Positions 50,713-62,298 of a DNA stretch of 64,000 nt are shown here, in pieces. Each line of letters opens with the position of its first letter. The stretch's first letter is position 1. The notes under the pieces are model-generated. The model worked only from the letters and a program-made list of their open reading frames with translations. It was not told the DNA's origin and did not search any database. The position numbers were made by a program, and so were the translations under genes. The DNA is from an uncultured delta proteobacterium (GTDB lineage: Bacteria; Myxococcota_A; Polyangia; Fen-1088). The stretch lies in the NCBI GenBank assembly GCA_963796685.1, contig CAWCMR010000013.1, forward strand, positions 576,001-640,000, in the 5' to 3' direction.

Positions 50713-52083
50713 ATGAGACACAGGTTTTTCATCCCAGCGTTCGCCCTCGTTCTTGCAGCACAAGCCTGCGCCGCATCCAAGCCCATTGCAAGAGGTGCCC
50801 CCGTGACCGCCCAAGCCAAGGCCTTTCCCTTTCCGACCACCGAGAAGACGCTGCCGAACGGGCTGCGCGTGTTCGTCGTCGAATACGACTCTCCGGGATT
50901 GGTCGCCTATTATTCCGTGGTGCGAACCGGCAGTCGTAACGAAGTCGAGCCGGGCAAGTCGGGATTCGCCCATTTCTTCGAGCACATGATGTTCCGCGGA
51001 ACGGCCCAGTTCCCGACCGAGAAGTACAACGCCACGATCAAGGCCATGGGGGCGGACTCGAACGCCTTCACCTCGGACGACATGACCGTGTACCACATCC
51101 TGGCCGGCGCCACGGCGCTGCCCACCATCGTCACCATCGAGGCGGATCGCTTTCAACACCTGCAGTACAGCGAGGCCGAATTCCAGAAGGAAGCCCGCGC
51201 CGTGCTGGGGGAATACAACAAGGGCGCATCCGATCCTTTGCAACCGATGGTCGAGGCCCTGTACGATCACGCGTTCACCTCGCACACCTACAAGCACACC
51301 ACCATCGGCTTTTTGCGCGACATCGAGGATATGCCGAACCAGTTTGCCTATTCGCGTCAGTTCTTCGACCGCTACTACCGACCCGACAACGTCATCCTAC
51401 TGGTGGTCGGCGACGTGACGGCCGACAAGGTGCTGCCGCTCATCGAGCAGCACTACGGCGCCTGGAGCACGGGGCCGGCCAGGCCTCCGATCCCCAGCGA
51501 GCCTCCGCAGACCCACGAGCAACGTGTGACGGTTCCGTGGAAGGGCGCCAGCCTGCCCATGCTGCTCATCGGCTTTCACACGCCCGCCTTCTCCACGACG
51601 AACATCGACAGCGCGGCGCTCGAAGTGCTCGCCGAGCTGGTCTTCGCCGAGCGCTCTCCGCTTTTTCGCCGCCTCGTGCTCGAAGAGCAGAAGGTCGAGC
51701 ACGTCGACGGCTCGGAGGAGCGTCACGTGGATCCCAACCTCTTTACCATCCTGGCTCGGGTCAAGGACGGCAAGGACCTCCCCTACGTGGAGAGCGCCAT
51801 CTACGACGAAATCGCCCGCGTCGCCGCGCAAGGGACGGACGACAAGACCCTGGCCGAAGTGGTTTCGCACACGCGCTATGCCTTTGCCGGCAGTCTCTCC
51901 ACCGCCGACCGGGTCGCCCTGGTCGGTTCCGAGTTCCTCGCCCTCACCGGCAAGCTGTCTACCATCGACGACACCTTTGCCTTGCTCAGCCGAGTGACGG
52001 TGGCCGACGTGAAGCGGGTCGCCGCCAAGTATTTCACCCCTGAAAACCGAACCGTCGTCGTCCTGAAGCCCGGGGAGCCATGA
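50713..52083 (+). CDS. M16 family zinc peptidase, catalytic subunit
   Basis: Inverted zinc motif HFFEH, NAFT, signal/lipoprotein peptide. Confidence 0.93.
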   Translation: MRHRFFIPAFALVLAAQACAASKPIARGAPVTAQAKAFPFPTTEKTLPNGLRVFVVEYDSPGLVAYYSVVRTGSRNEVEPGKSGFAHFFEHMMFRGTAQFPTEKYNATIKAMGADSNAFTSDDMTVYHILAGATALPTIVTIEADRFQHLQYSEAEFQKEARAVLGEYNKGASDPLQPMVEALYDHAFTSHTYKHTTIGFLRDIEDMPNQFAYSRQFFDRYYRPDNVILLVVGDVTADKVLPLIEQHYGAWSTGPARPPIPSEPPQTHEQRVTVPWKGASLPMLLIGFHTPAFSTTNIDSAALEVLAELVFAERSPLFRRLVLEEQKVEHVDGSEERHVDPNLFTILARVKDGKDLPYVESAIYDEIARVAAQGTDDKTLAEVVSHTRYAFAGSLSTADRVALVGSEFLALTGKLSTIDDTFALLSRVTVADVKRVAAKYFTPENRTVVVLKPGEP

Positions 52084-53645
52084 GCCCCCGACGCCACTCT
52101 TCCCAATCGGCTGCCCAATCGCCCGCGACCCTTCGGAGGTCCTTGCCCATGCTGCTGTCCATCGCCATCGCCGCCACCTCGCCCTCGGCTCGCGCCGAGC
52201 AAGGCCACGGTGTATCCCCGATCCGAGTCGTCCGTCTGCCGTCGCCGTCGAGCCCCCTGGTCACGATTCGGCTGGTCTTCCAGGTCGGCGCGGCCGACGA
52301 TGACCCGGGCAAGGAAGGTCTGGCCAACCTGACCGCCGCCATGCTGGGTGAAGGCGGGACGCTCAAGCGAACATGGTCCGAGGTCCTGGATGCTCTCTAT
52401 CCCATGGCCGCCGATATCCAGTACTACGGGGACAAGGACGCCTTCGTGTTCATGGGCACCGTTCACCGCGACAACCTGGAGGCGTTCGCGTCGATGCTGG
52501 CCGAACAAATCCTGACGCCGCGTTTTTCTGCCGAGGACTTCACGCGTCTCAAGCACGACGCCCTGGACGCCATCACCAAAACCCTGCGCGGCAACGACGA
52601 CGAGGACCTGGGCAAGCAGACCCTGGCAACGGTTCTCTTCCGTGGGCATCCCTACGGCTACCCCACGTACGGCACGGTCGCCGGATTGGCGAACATCACC
52701 CTCGACGACGTGAAACGCTTCTACGCCGAACATTTCACGTGCGAGCACCTCATCCTGGGCGTCGCGGGTGGCTACCCCGCGTCCTTCCCCGAAACCTACG
52801 CGGCCCGGCTCTCCGCCCTGCCCGCCAAGGGCAAAACGCGCGCCCCTCTCCCGCCACCGCCTTCACGCGACGGCTTGGACTTTCTGTTCGTGGAAAAGCC
52901 ATCGCACGGCAACGCCATTTCCATGGGCCGTGCCATCGACGTGACCCGCGCCGACGACGACTTCTATCCGCTCGCCGTGGCGGCCTCGTACCTCGGCGAG
53001 CATCGGACCTTCAATGGCGTCTTGATGATCAACATGCGCCAGAAGCGTGGGCTGAACTACGGCGACTATGCCTACGTCGAGAATTTCATCCAGGACGGCT
53101 GGTCGACCTTCCCGCGCCCGAACAACCCGCGCCGCCAGCAGAGCTTCGAGATCTGGCTGCGCCCGGTCCCTCCGGCCAGCGCGGGCTTCGCCGTGCGCGA
53201 GGCGATCTACGAAACCGACAAGCTCCTTCGCGACGGCATCCCGGCCGCGGGTTTCGAGGCCACGCGGGCCTTCTTGCTCAACTACGTCAACCTGTGGGCG
53301 CAGGACGGCTCGCGCCGGCTCGGCTACGCCACCGACGCCGCCATCTACGGGAAAGACGTCATCGCCGAGCTCAAGGCCCGCCTGCCGTCAATGACCAAGG
53401 AGGATGTGGACCGGGCCGTGCGCAAGCACCTTGCGACCGCGAACCTGGCGGTGGTAGTGGTGGGCGACAATGTCAGGGAGCTGGCCGCAGCGTTCGAGGC
53501 CGGCAAGCCCACCCCCATGGTCTACGACACCAAGGACACACCCGCAGAGGTCGTCAAGGAAGACAAGATCATCGAGGCCTATCCCCTGCCCGTTTCGCCC
53601 TCTCGCCTCAAGATCGTTTCCGCAAGCAGCCTGTTCGAGAAGTAA
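52080..53645 (+). CDS. M16 family peptidase, non-catalytic partner subunit
   Basis: GLANLTAAML at the HxxEH position; R..RGLNY motif; ATGA overlap with the upstream gene. Confidence 0.9.
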   Translation: MSPRRHSSQSAAQSPATLRRSLPMLLSIAIAATSPSARAEQGHGVSPIRVVRLPSPSSPLVTIRLVFQVGAADDDPGKEGLANLTAAMLGEGGTLKRTWSEVLDALYPMAADIQYYGDKDAFVFMGTVHRDNLEAFASMLAEQILTPRFSAEDFTRLKHDALDAITKTLRGNDDEDLGKQTLATVLFRGHPYGYPTYGTVAGLANITLDDVKRFYAEHFTCEHLILGVAGGYPASFPETYAARLSALPAKGKTRAPLPPPPSRDGLDFLFVEKPSHGNAISMGRAIDVTRADDDFYPLAVAASYLGEHRTFNGVLMINMRQKRGLNYGDYAYVENFIQDGWSTFPRPNNPRRQQSFEIWLRPVPPASAGFAVREAIYETDKLLRDGIPAAGFEATRAFLLNYVNLWAQDGSRRLGYATDAAIYGKDVIAELKARLPSMTKEDVDRAVRKHLATANLAVVVVGDNVRELAAAFEAGKPTPMVYDTKDTPAEVVKEDKIIEAYPLPVSPSRLKIVSASSLFEK

Positions 53646-53657
53646 GATAGCACCCGC

Positions 53658-55481
<1,824 letters not shown>

Positions 55482-55510
55482 TCGGGTACCGCACAAACCG
55501 GCGCCCCGGC

Positions 55511-57859
55511 TCAATCCCCGCCGGGATTGTAGACGCCTGGAAGCCTTGGCCCGCGATCGCGATTGACCTCGTTCGACTCACCCCGGTGCTGTCCACGGCG
55601 ACGGCGACGCTTGCGCTTGCGGTTGCCTTCGGCGGCGTGCTGCCCGCCCTGTGGTTGGGGCTGAGCGTGGTGGTGGTTGCCACCTTGATTGAACCGCGGT
55701 TGACCGCCACCGTTGCGGCTCACCTGCATCACCGGCAACGACACCGGTGGCGGTACGATCCATTCCACGAAGGGACGAATGTTGGCATCACGCACCGTCG
55801 CCCAGCCGGAAAGGAAGGCATCCGGGGCGGCTCCCTCCTCGACAGGGTGTGACAGGTTCCCGGTCCAGGCTTCGTTTTCGCCAGGCTCGAGAACGACCTC
55901 GCCTGCGGCTGGCGTGCCTCGAGCGGGCTCGCCTTCCCAAACGGTCGGATCGAGAACGGCATCGCTCTCGGGCGGCGCGACCCAGGGCGGCGGCACCGTG
56001 GCCGGCATGACCTCGGGTATCGCGGTGGCGAAGATCGAACGCTGCCGCACCACCGGCGTGGGGGCCACCTTGTCCCCGCCACGGCGCCTGCGACGGCGAG
56101 CGCGGCCGTGAAAGTCCGTGGCCGCGTGCAGGCCATGGCGGGCATCCGCATCCCCGGGATCGAAGACCTCGCTGTCGAGACCGGCACAGGAATCGCACAG
56201 CCCGCACTTGGGCCCAGGATCCTCGCCGAAGTAGCTGCGCAGCATCTGCACGCGGCAGCTCTGCAGATTCATGTACTTGAGCAGCTCGGCCAAGCGTCGC
56301 CGATCCGAGATCCGCCGCGCCTCGAATACGGAAGACGCCTTGTCGATTGCCTGACGCGTCGGGCGAGGCTCGACCCCTGCCCAGCGCGCCGCTCGCACTT
56401 CCTTGGCCACGCCCATGGCCTCGAGCACGGATAGAACCACGCGCACGCGGCGCTCGGGCAAGGCCATCGAGAGCGCGAGGTCGCGCACCGAGACTTCCTT
56501 GCCCTCGTCGCTCCAAGCGTAGAGCCCTTCCGCGACCGCGCGCGCCTGCGTCTTGGTCGGGTGTGCTTCCTTGAGGAAGTGCTCTTGAATCGCGATGTCG
56601 TCGGGTTGGAACAGCAGCACGCAGCGCGCCGGCTTGCCGTCGCGACCGGCCCGGCCGGCCTCCTGCACGTAGGACTCGGGCGAGCCCGGCATCTGGTAGT
56701 GGATGATGTAGCGAATGTCGGGCTTGTCGACGCCCAGCCCAAACGCGTTGGTCGCGATCATGACCACCTTGCGCCCGGAGGACATGAACGAGGCCTGCGA
56801 CTTCTCGCGCTCGTCGCCGGTCATCTTGCCGTTGTAGCGTTCGACCGGGATCTTGCCGTGGCGCAAGGCCACATACAGGTCGTCCACCGCGCGAACCGTC
56901 GCGCAGTACACGATGCCGGGGCGGCGTAGGCGCTGGATGAGCTTGCCGAGAACACGCAGCTTGTCGGCCTCGCCCGCGACCTTGCGCACGTCAAAGGCCA
57001 GGTTCGGTCGGTGGAAGGACACGCGGCAAACGTGGGAATCCTTCATGCCGAGCTGGACCAGCACGTCCTCGGCGATGGCCGGCGTCGCGGTGGCGGTCAG
57101 ACCCAGGATGGGCGGTCGTCCCAGCACCTCGGCCGCGCGGCGCAAGCCGAGGTAGGATGGTCGGAAATCGTGTCCCCACTGCGACACGCAATGCGCTTCG
57201 TCGACGCAGAAGAGCGAGAACTTCACCCCGGCCAGCGACTCCTGCACGGCAGGCGAGCAGACCGACTCGGGCGTGATGAGGACGAGCTTGATCTTACCCT
57301 CGCGTACGGCCTCCAGGTCGGCTGCGCGCTCCTTGGCCGTGCGGGTGGAATCGATGCGCGCCACCGGTACCGAGGCAGCCTTCATCTTTCCGACCTGATC
57401 CTCGATGAGCGCCAGCAGCGGCGAAACCACCAACGTCGGACCGGGGAGCCACAGCGAAGGTAGCTGGTAAGTCAGCGATTTTCCGCTGCCTGTGGGCATG
57501 ACCGCCAAAGTATCGCGTCCCGCCAAGACCGATTCGATGACCTCGGCCTGACCAGGCCGCAGATCGCGGATGTGCAGAATCGCCCGCGCCCGGGCAAGCG
57601 CCTCGCGCAGTGCGGGCGAATACTCGCGCACGGGTTCGGCCGTGGCAGGAGCCACCACCGACGTGTAGACCGGCGGCCCAGCGACTGGCCGGGTGGGAAG
57701 ATTGGGGGCAACTCCGTCGTCGGAAAGGTGAATCACGAGCGTGGGCTCGGAATCTCCGTTTTCCGTCTCGGGCTCCCGGCCACCTTGGTCAGCGTCCGCG
57801 CGCGAAGACTCTTCGGCAGCGGCTTCTTCAGCCTGCTCGCCATCTGATGGGGTACTCAG
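55511..57859 (-). CDS. recQ: RecQ family ATP-dependent DNA helicase
   Basis: MPTGSGKS, VDEAHCVSQWGHDFRP, TATAT, QEAGRAGRDG, Zn motif CR..YFGE..CGLCDSC; start uncertain. Confidence 0.9.
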   Translation of the reverse strand: MSTPSDGEQAEEAAAEESSRADADQGGREPETENGDSEPTLVIHLSDDGVAPNLPTRPVAGPPVYTSVVAPATAEPVREYSPALREALARARAILHIRDLRPGQAEVIESVLAGRDTLAVMPTGSGKSLTYQLPSLWLPGPTLVVSPLLALIEDQVGKMKAASVPVARIDSTRTAKERAADLEAVREGKIKLVLITPESVCSPAVQESLAGVKFSLFCVDEAHCVSQWGHDFRPSYLGLRRAAEVLGRPPILGLTATATPAIAEDVLVQLGMKDSHVCRVSFHRPNLAFDVRKVAGEADKLRVLGKLIQRLRRPGIVYCATVRAVDDLYVALRHGKIPVERYNGKMTGDEREKSQASFMSSGRKVVMIATNAFGLGVDKPDIRYIIHYQMPGSPESYVQEAGRAGRDGKPARCVLLFQPDDIAIQEHFLKEAHPTKTQARAVAEGLYAWSDEGKEVSVRDLALSMALPERRVRVVLSVLEAMGVAKEVRAARWAGVEPRPTRQAIDKASSVFEARRISDRRRLAELLKYMNLQSCRVQMLRSYFGEDPGPKCGLCDSCAGLDSEVFDPGDADARHGLHAATDFHGRARRRRRRGGDKVAPTPVVRQRSIFATAIPEVMPATVPPPWVAPPESDAVLDPTVWEGEPARGTPAAGEVVLEPGENEAWTGNLSHPVEEGAAPDAFLSGWATVRDANIRPFVEWIVPPPVSLPVMQVSRNGGGQPRFNQGGNHHHAQPQPQGGQHAAEGNRKRKRRRRRGQHRGESNEVNRDRGPRLPGVYNPGGD

Positions 57860-58106
57860 TCTCGACTCCTCTCCAGACTCTCTCAGCGTGAATTGATCAC
57901 GTTTTGCTCCCGGCCTTCGCTTGCCCGAACCGAACCCTATGCCGCAGCTACCTGGGGGCCGGCCATTGTGGCCATCGACCCAACCGCGCTCGGGCAAGCA
58001 CCAAGCTCGCCTGGCGAAAACGCACTTCTAACGTAGCACGCCCTTTGTGAAAAACACAAGGATTCAAGAGTGTGAGAGTGGCACGTCGCGTGCTTTGGGT
58101 AGGTGT

Positions 58107-58784
58107 ATGCCTGCCTTGCTCTCCCTGGCCCCGGAAGATCGCCCCCGCGAACGCCTCCTTTCCAAAGGTCCCACCAGCCTTTCCGACGCGGAGCTCCTGG
58201 CCATTCTCCTAGGCTCCGGTCGGCAGGGGCAGAATGTCGTGGAAATTGCTCATGATTTACTGGCCCATGCCGGCGATTTGCGCGGCCTCGCCGAAAGCGC
58301 GGAAGCCGAGCTGTGTGCCTTGCCCGGGGTCGGTCCGGCACGCGCGGCTGTCATCCAGGCCGCCATCGAGCTTGGCCGACGGGTGACCGGCACTCGGCCG
58401 GAACGTGGCCGGTTTCTCGGCAACGCAGCCGACGTCTGGACACACTACCGGGCCCGCTTGGGTACTTCGCCGGTCGAGGAATTCTGGATGTTGGCCCTCG
58501 ATGTGCGGCATCGTGTCTTGCTCGAAGCCTGCGTCGCCCGAGGCTCGCTGACGGGGGTCGAGGTCCATCCGCGCGACGTGTTCCGTACCCTGATCCGCGG
58601 CGCTGCCGCATCGGTCATTTTCTGTCACAACCACCCTTCCGGGGATCCCACGCCGTCGCGCCAGGATCTGGAATTGACCACCCGGCTGCGGCAAGTGGGG
58701 GAGCTTTGCGGCATCACCGTGCTCGACCATGTCGTGGTGGCCAGCGATGGTTTCGTCAGTCTTGCCAGCCGCGGTTGGTGCTGA
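58107..58784 (+). CDS. radC: RadC (JAB/MPN domain) protein
   Basis: PRERL..LSDAELLAILL, HhH motif GVGPA, HNHPSGD..S..D, LDHVVV. Confidence 0.95.
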   Translation: MPALLSLAPEDRPRERLLSKGPTSLSDAELLAILLGSGRQGQNVVEIAHDLLAHAGDLRGLAESAEAELCALPGVGPARAAVIQAAIELGRRVTGTRPERGRFLGNAADVWTHYRARLGTSPVEEFWMLALDVRHRVLLEACVARGSLTGVEVHPRDVFRTLIRGAAASVIFCHNHPSGDPTPSRQDLELTTRLRQVGELCGITVLDHVVVASDGFVSLASRGWC

Positions 58785-58855
58785 TTCCCCATGCGTCCGT
58801 CGCGACGACGTGAAAGCTTTTGGGCTTGCCATCCTCTCCACCCTATTATCAGCCC

Positions 58856-59740
58856 ATGGTTTCGAGAATTTTAGCCTGTCTAGTCCTGGGCGCGTTTTGC
58901 ATGCTGGCCTCGGCCAAGCCGGCGACCGCGGATGGAATCTCGTTTCCCACTCCCCGTCCTCTGGGCACGGGCGGCGCCATGCGCGCCCTCGCCACGGGTG
59001 ACGCGGGACCCCAGCTCAATCCCTCCGGGATCTCGCTCCTGCGCGCCTATCTCCTCGAAGGCAGCTACCAGTATGGCAGCGCTGCCAACTCGCACGACGC
59101 GCGTATCTCCGCCGTGGATTCCACCTCGGGCTTCAACCTCGGCGGCGCTCTCTACTACACCTACCATCACGCGTCGCCCAGCGATGGCGTGAGCGAAACT
59201 GGACACCTTTTCGGCGGGTCGCTTTCCTTCCCCCTGCTGGACAAGATCTTTCTCGGCGGCAGCGCCAAGTACATCGACTTCAGCGACGAGATGGGCGCAA
59301 CCCACAAAGGCTTCACCTTCGACGTTGGCCTGACGATCCGGCCGATCCCGCAGGTGTCCATCGGAGCCGTCGGCTACAACCTCGTGGAACGCCATACGTC
59401 CTGGGTGCCCAAGGCCGCAGGTGGCGGCATCGCGGTGTTACCCATGCCCTCTCTGATCCTGGTATTCGACTCGGTCTTGGAGAAGGTCTACGGCGATAGC
59501 ACGCGCGATCGGGCCATGTACTACATGGGCGGCGCCGAGCTCTCCTTTGCTTCGTCGGCGGCGTTTCGCGCTGGCGGCGGACACGACGGGCTCACCAGGA
59601 ACGGCTATGTGTCGGGCGGGGTCTCCGTCCTGTCGGCAGACATCGGCGCCCTCGATATCGGACTACGCCAGGACGTGTCAGGCGCGCACAAGACCACCGT
59701 TATCGGCGTCAGCGCGCGCATCTTCGTTCCCAGCATGTAA
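58856..59740 (+). CDS. Outer-membrane beta-barrel protein (PorV/FadL-like N-terminus)
   Basis: Signal peptide; RPLGTGGA..NPSG; alternating beta-strands. Confidence 0.7.
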   Translation: MVSRILACLVLGAFCMLASAKPATADGISFPTPRPLGTGGAMRALATGDAGPQLNPSGISLLRAYLLEGSYQYGSAANSHDARISAVDSTSGFNLGGALYYTYHHASPSDGVSETGHLFGGSLSFPLLDKIFLGGSAKYIDFSDEMGATHKGFTFDVGLTIRPIPQVSIGAVGYNLVERHTSWVPKAAGGGIAVLPMPSLILVFDSVLEKVYGDSTRDRAMYYMGGAELSFASSAAFRAGGGHDGLTRNGYVSGGVSVLSADIGALDIGLRQDVSGAHKTTVIGVSARIFVPSM

Positions 59741-59797
59741 GGACCCGTTCGAGCGGGTTCCAATCGGGCTAAACTCTTCTCAGCTTGTCATTCCTCA

Positions 59798-59826
59798 GGA
59801 ACTATTTGGCCGCCGCGGTGTCAGTA
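59798..59826 (+). promoter_or_regulatory. Putative ECF-type (autoregulatory) promoter
   Basis: GGAAC-N17-GTC upstream of the ECF sigma gene. Confidence 0.5.
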
Positions 59827-59930
59827 GATGCGTGGAGGCTTCCCTGCCGAAAGCAGTCGGAGCGGGCATCGTCGAAGAGCCCGACCGACCCCTTTCGTCG
59901 CGCGGATTTCGAGAGCGGCAGGGCTTTCAA

Positions 59931-60515
59931 ATGAGCATCGGCGAGCGCCTTCTGCTCGGCCGCCTGGTCCGACGCGACGAAGAAGCCTTCAACGAGGTCG
60001 TTCGCAGTCACAGCAACCGCGTTTACAACTTGATTCTGCGCCTGGTGGGCTCGCCGAGCGAGGCCGAGGACATCGCCCAGGAAGTCTTCGTCACCGTGTT
60101 CAAGAACATCGAGAGCTATCGCGGCGAGGCCAAGCTCTCGACCTGGATCCTGCGCATCGCCACGAACCATTCCAAGAATCGCATCAAGTACCTCGCGCGC
60201 AGGCGAACCAGCGGACAGGAGCTGCACGACGGCACCGATGCCACGGAAATGGCCGACGAGGGCAAGGCGCCCGTGCAGGCACACTTCGACGCCCCGGACG
60301 TGGTCCTGGAAGCCGCTGAAACCGAACGCATCATGCAAGCGGCCATCGCCAACCTGGATGAGGAACAGAGACTGCTCGTCGTCCTACGTGACGTCGAGGA
60401 GCTGTCCTACGACGAGATCGTCGAGATCACGGGACTGCCTGAAGGAACCGTGAAATCGCGCCTGCACCGGGCGCGCATGGCGCTCAAGGATCTGCTCGAA
60501 GGGAAACTCAAGTGA
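59931..60515 (+). CDS. ECF sigma-70 factor
   Basis: AEDIAQEVF..STWILRIATN; LSYDEI..GTVKSRLHRAR; alternative start GTG 59832. Confidence 0.92.
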   Translation: MSIGERLLLGRLVRRDEEAFNEVVRSHSNRVYNLILRLVGSPSEAEDIAQEVFVTVFKNIESYRGEAKLSTWILRIATNHSKNRIKYLARRRTSGQELHDGTDATEMADEGKAPVQAHFDAPDVVLEAAETERIMQAAIANLDEEQRLLVVLRDVEELSYDEIVEITGLPEGTVKSRLHRARMALKDLLEGKLK

Positions 60516-60886
60516 CCGCGCCCGACAGCCACCAACGAGCCACCGCAGCTTTCTCCGCCTACGTGGAGGGCGATCTCGCCCCCGCGGAGCGTGCCCATCT
60601 CGAGGAACACCTGGCCACGTGCATGCAGTGTCGCGTATCGCTCGAGCGTTTTCGTCGCACCGTGGGGCGCCTGGGCGCCCTCAAACGGACCGCCCCGGTC
60701 AGCTTCCTCGAAAACGTGCAAGCCCAAATCAATCGCCGCTCCCGCGGCCGCTTCTTCGGCAAGCGCGCCCTGCTCTTCGGTCGTATTCCTTGGGAGTGGG
60801 TCTCGCTGGCCATGATCGTCGCCATGCTGGTCTACTACATCGTGGTCCTGCAAACCTCGCCCACCGGCGTCGTGCCGGGAAAGTAG
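60512..60886 (+). CDS. Zinc-binding anti-sigma factor (ZAS, zf-HC2)
   Basis: HLATCMQC (HxxxCxxC) plus one C-terminal TM; GTGA overlap with the sigma gene. Confidence 0.9.
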   Translation: MTAPDSHQRATAAFSAYVEGDLAPAERAHLEEHLATCMQCRVSLERFRRTVGRLGALKRTAPVSFLENVQAQINRRSRGRFFGKRALLFGRIPWEWVSLAMIVAMLVYYIVVLQTSPTGVVPGK

Positions 60887-60949
60887 GGGCGGGTTTCAAA
60901 CCCGCGCACCCGTAGGGGCGGGTTTGAAAACCGCCCCTACGGGTGCGCG
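60883..60949. repeat. GTAG-type REP doublet / hairpin between convergent genes
   Basis: GTAGGGGCGGGTTT at 60883 and 60912; perfect 19-bp stem 60903-60921 / 60931-60949. Confidence 0.8.
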
Positions 60950-60957
60950 CCTAACCT

Positions 60958-62220
60958 CTACGCCACATACGCCAACAGGACCTTGAGGTACTGACCCTCG
61001 CCGAAGCCCGGCGGGAGAGGATGGTCGGGTCCGGGGCCGAGGCGCTCGATGATGCTCACCTCGCGGCTGGCCTGCCTGGCACCCGCGGCCAGGATGCGTT
61101 CGAACTCGACCATGCCCACGTTCTGCGAGCACGAGCAGGTGACGAGGATTGCGCCAGGCGCGCACGCCGTCAGGGCGAGCGAGCTCAAGCGCTCGTAGCC
61201 CTTGATGGCAGCCTCCAGGTCCTTTCGCGCGCGGGCGAACTTCGGTGGATCGACGACCACCACGTCATAGGAACGAGGCGTGGCAGTCTCGAGAAAGCGA
61301 AAGGTATCCGACTCGACGGCGCGAATGTCGGCTCCGTTGCTCTTGGCGTGGGCCTCGATGCGCGCCACCGCCCGGGCCGAGCTGTCCACCGCCGTGACCT
61401 CCCCTGCCCCGGCGCGCGCGGCCTGCAGGCCGAAACCGCCGGCATAGGCGTAGCAATCCAGCACGCGGGCGAGCTTCTTGGGCATGCCCTTCACGATCTG
61501 CCCGACCCGCACCCGGCTCGGCCGCTGGTCGAGGAAAAGGCCGGTCTTCTGCCCCTGCAAGGGCTCCGCTTCCAGTCGAATACCGTCTTCCAGGCACGGC
61601 ACCTGCGCGCGCGACTCGCCCTGCACCACCCGCGTTTCGGCCAGAAAGCCCTCGACCTCGGCGAAGCTGCCCGCCGCAACCTCGTAGATCGTCTTCGGCG
61701 CAAGCATCTCTTGGATGGCCGCGACGATCTCCTCGCGCCACAGGGACAGGCCTAGCGTGCTCACCTGGAAGGCGGCGGCGTCGCCGAACACGTCGACGAC
61801 CAGACCAGGCAGGTGGTCGCCTTCGCTGTTCACCATGCGGTAGGCAGTGGTTTCAGCGCTCGGAAGCGCGAGGGCCGTACGCAAGGTCTGGGCGGCGCGA
61901 AGCCTGCGGACGAAGAAGGCGGCGTCGATGGGTTCATCGGCGCGCGTGAGCAATCGCACCGGGATCTGCGAGCGCGAGTTGTAGATGCCACGGCCGATGA
62001 AGCGGCCGTCGTGATCGAGCAGCGAGACGACACGACCGGGCTCGGCCAGGCCCTCGATACGGTCGACGGCGTTGGCGTACACCCAGGGATGGCCGAACCA
62101 CAGCGGTCGGGCACGCCCACGCCGCAGCACGATCTTGGCCGCCGAGTCTCGCGCCACGCGGGCGCCTAGATCAGAATCGGACGTGGCGCTGCTCGTGGAC
62201 GTTGCTCGTTGGCGGGACAT
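60958..62220 (-). CDS. rlmI: Class I SAM-dependent rRNA methyltransferase (RlmI-like)
   Basis: PUA GHPWVY, NSEGD.LPGL.VD, GQKTGLFLDQR, DPPKF, TCSCS, YLK. Confidence 0.88.
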   Translation of the reverse strand: MSRQRATSTSSATSDSDLGARVARDSAAKIVLRRGRARPLWFGHPWVYANAVDRIEGLAEPGRVVSLLDHDGRFIGRGIYNSRSQIPVRLLTRADEPIDAAFFVRRLRAAQTLRTALALPSAETTAYRMVNSEGDHLPGLVVDVFGDAAAFQVSTLGLSLWREEIVAAIQEMLAPKTIYEVAAGSFAEVEGFLAETRVVQGESRAQVPCLEDGIRLEAEPLQGQKTGLFLDQRPSRVRVGQIVKGMPKKLARVLDCYAYAGGFGLQAARAGAGEVTAVDSSARAVARIEAHAKSNGADIRAVESDTFRFLETATPRSYDVVVVDPPKFARARKDLEAAIKGYERLSSLALTACAPGAILVTCSCSQNVGMVEFERILAAGARQASREVSIIERLGPGPDHPLPPGFGEGQYLKVLLAYVA

Positions 62221-62298
62221 CGACGCATTATAGACCCCGTCCCCGATGTTGCTCACAAGTGGCTTTGCGACTTTTCTCCGTCGGATCGTGTGGTCGGC

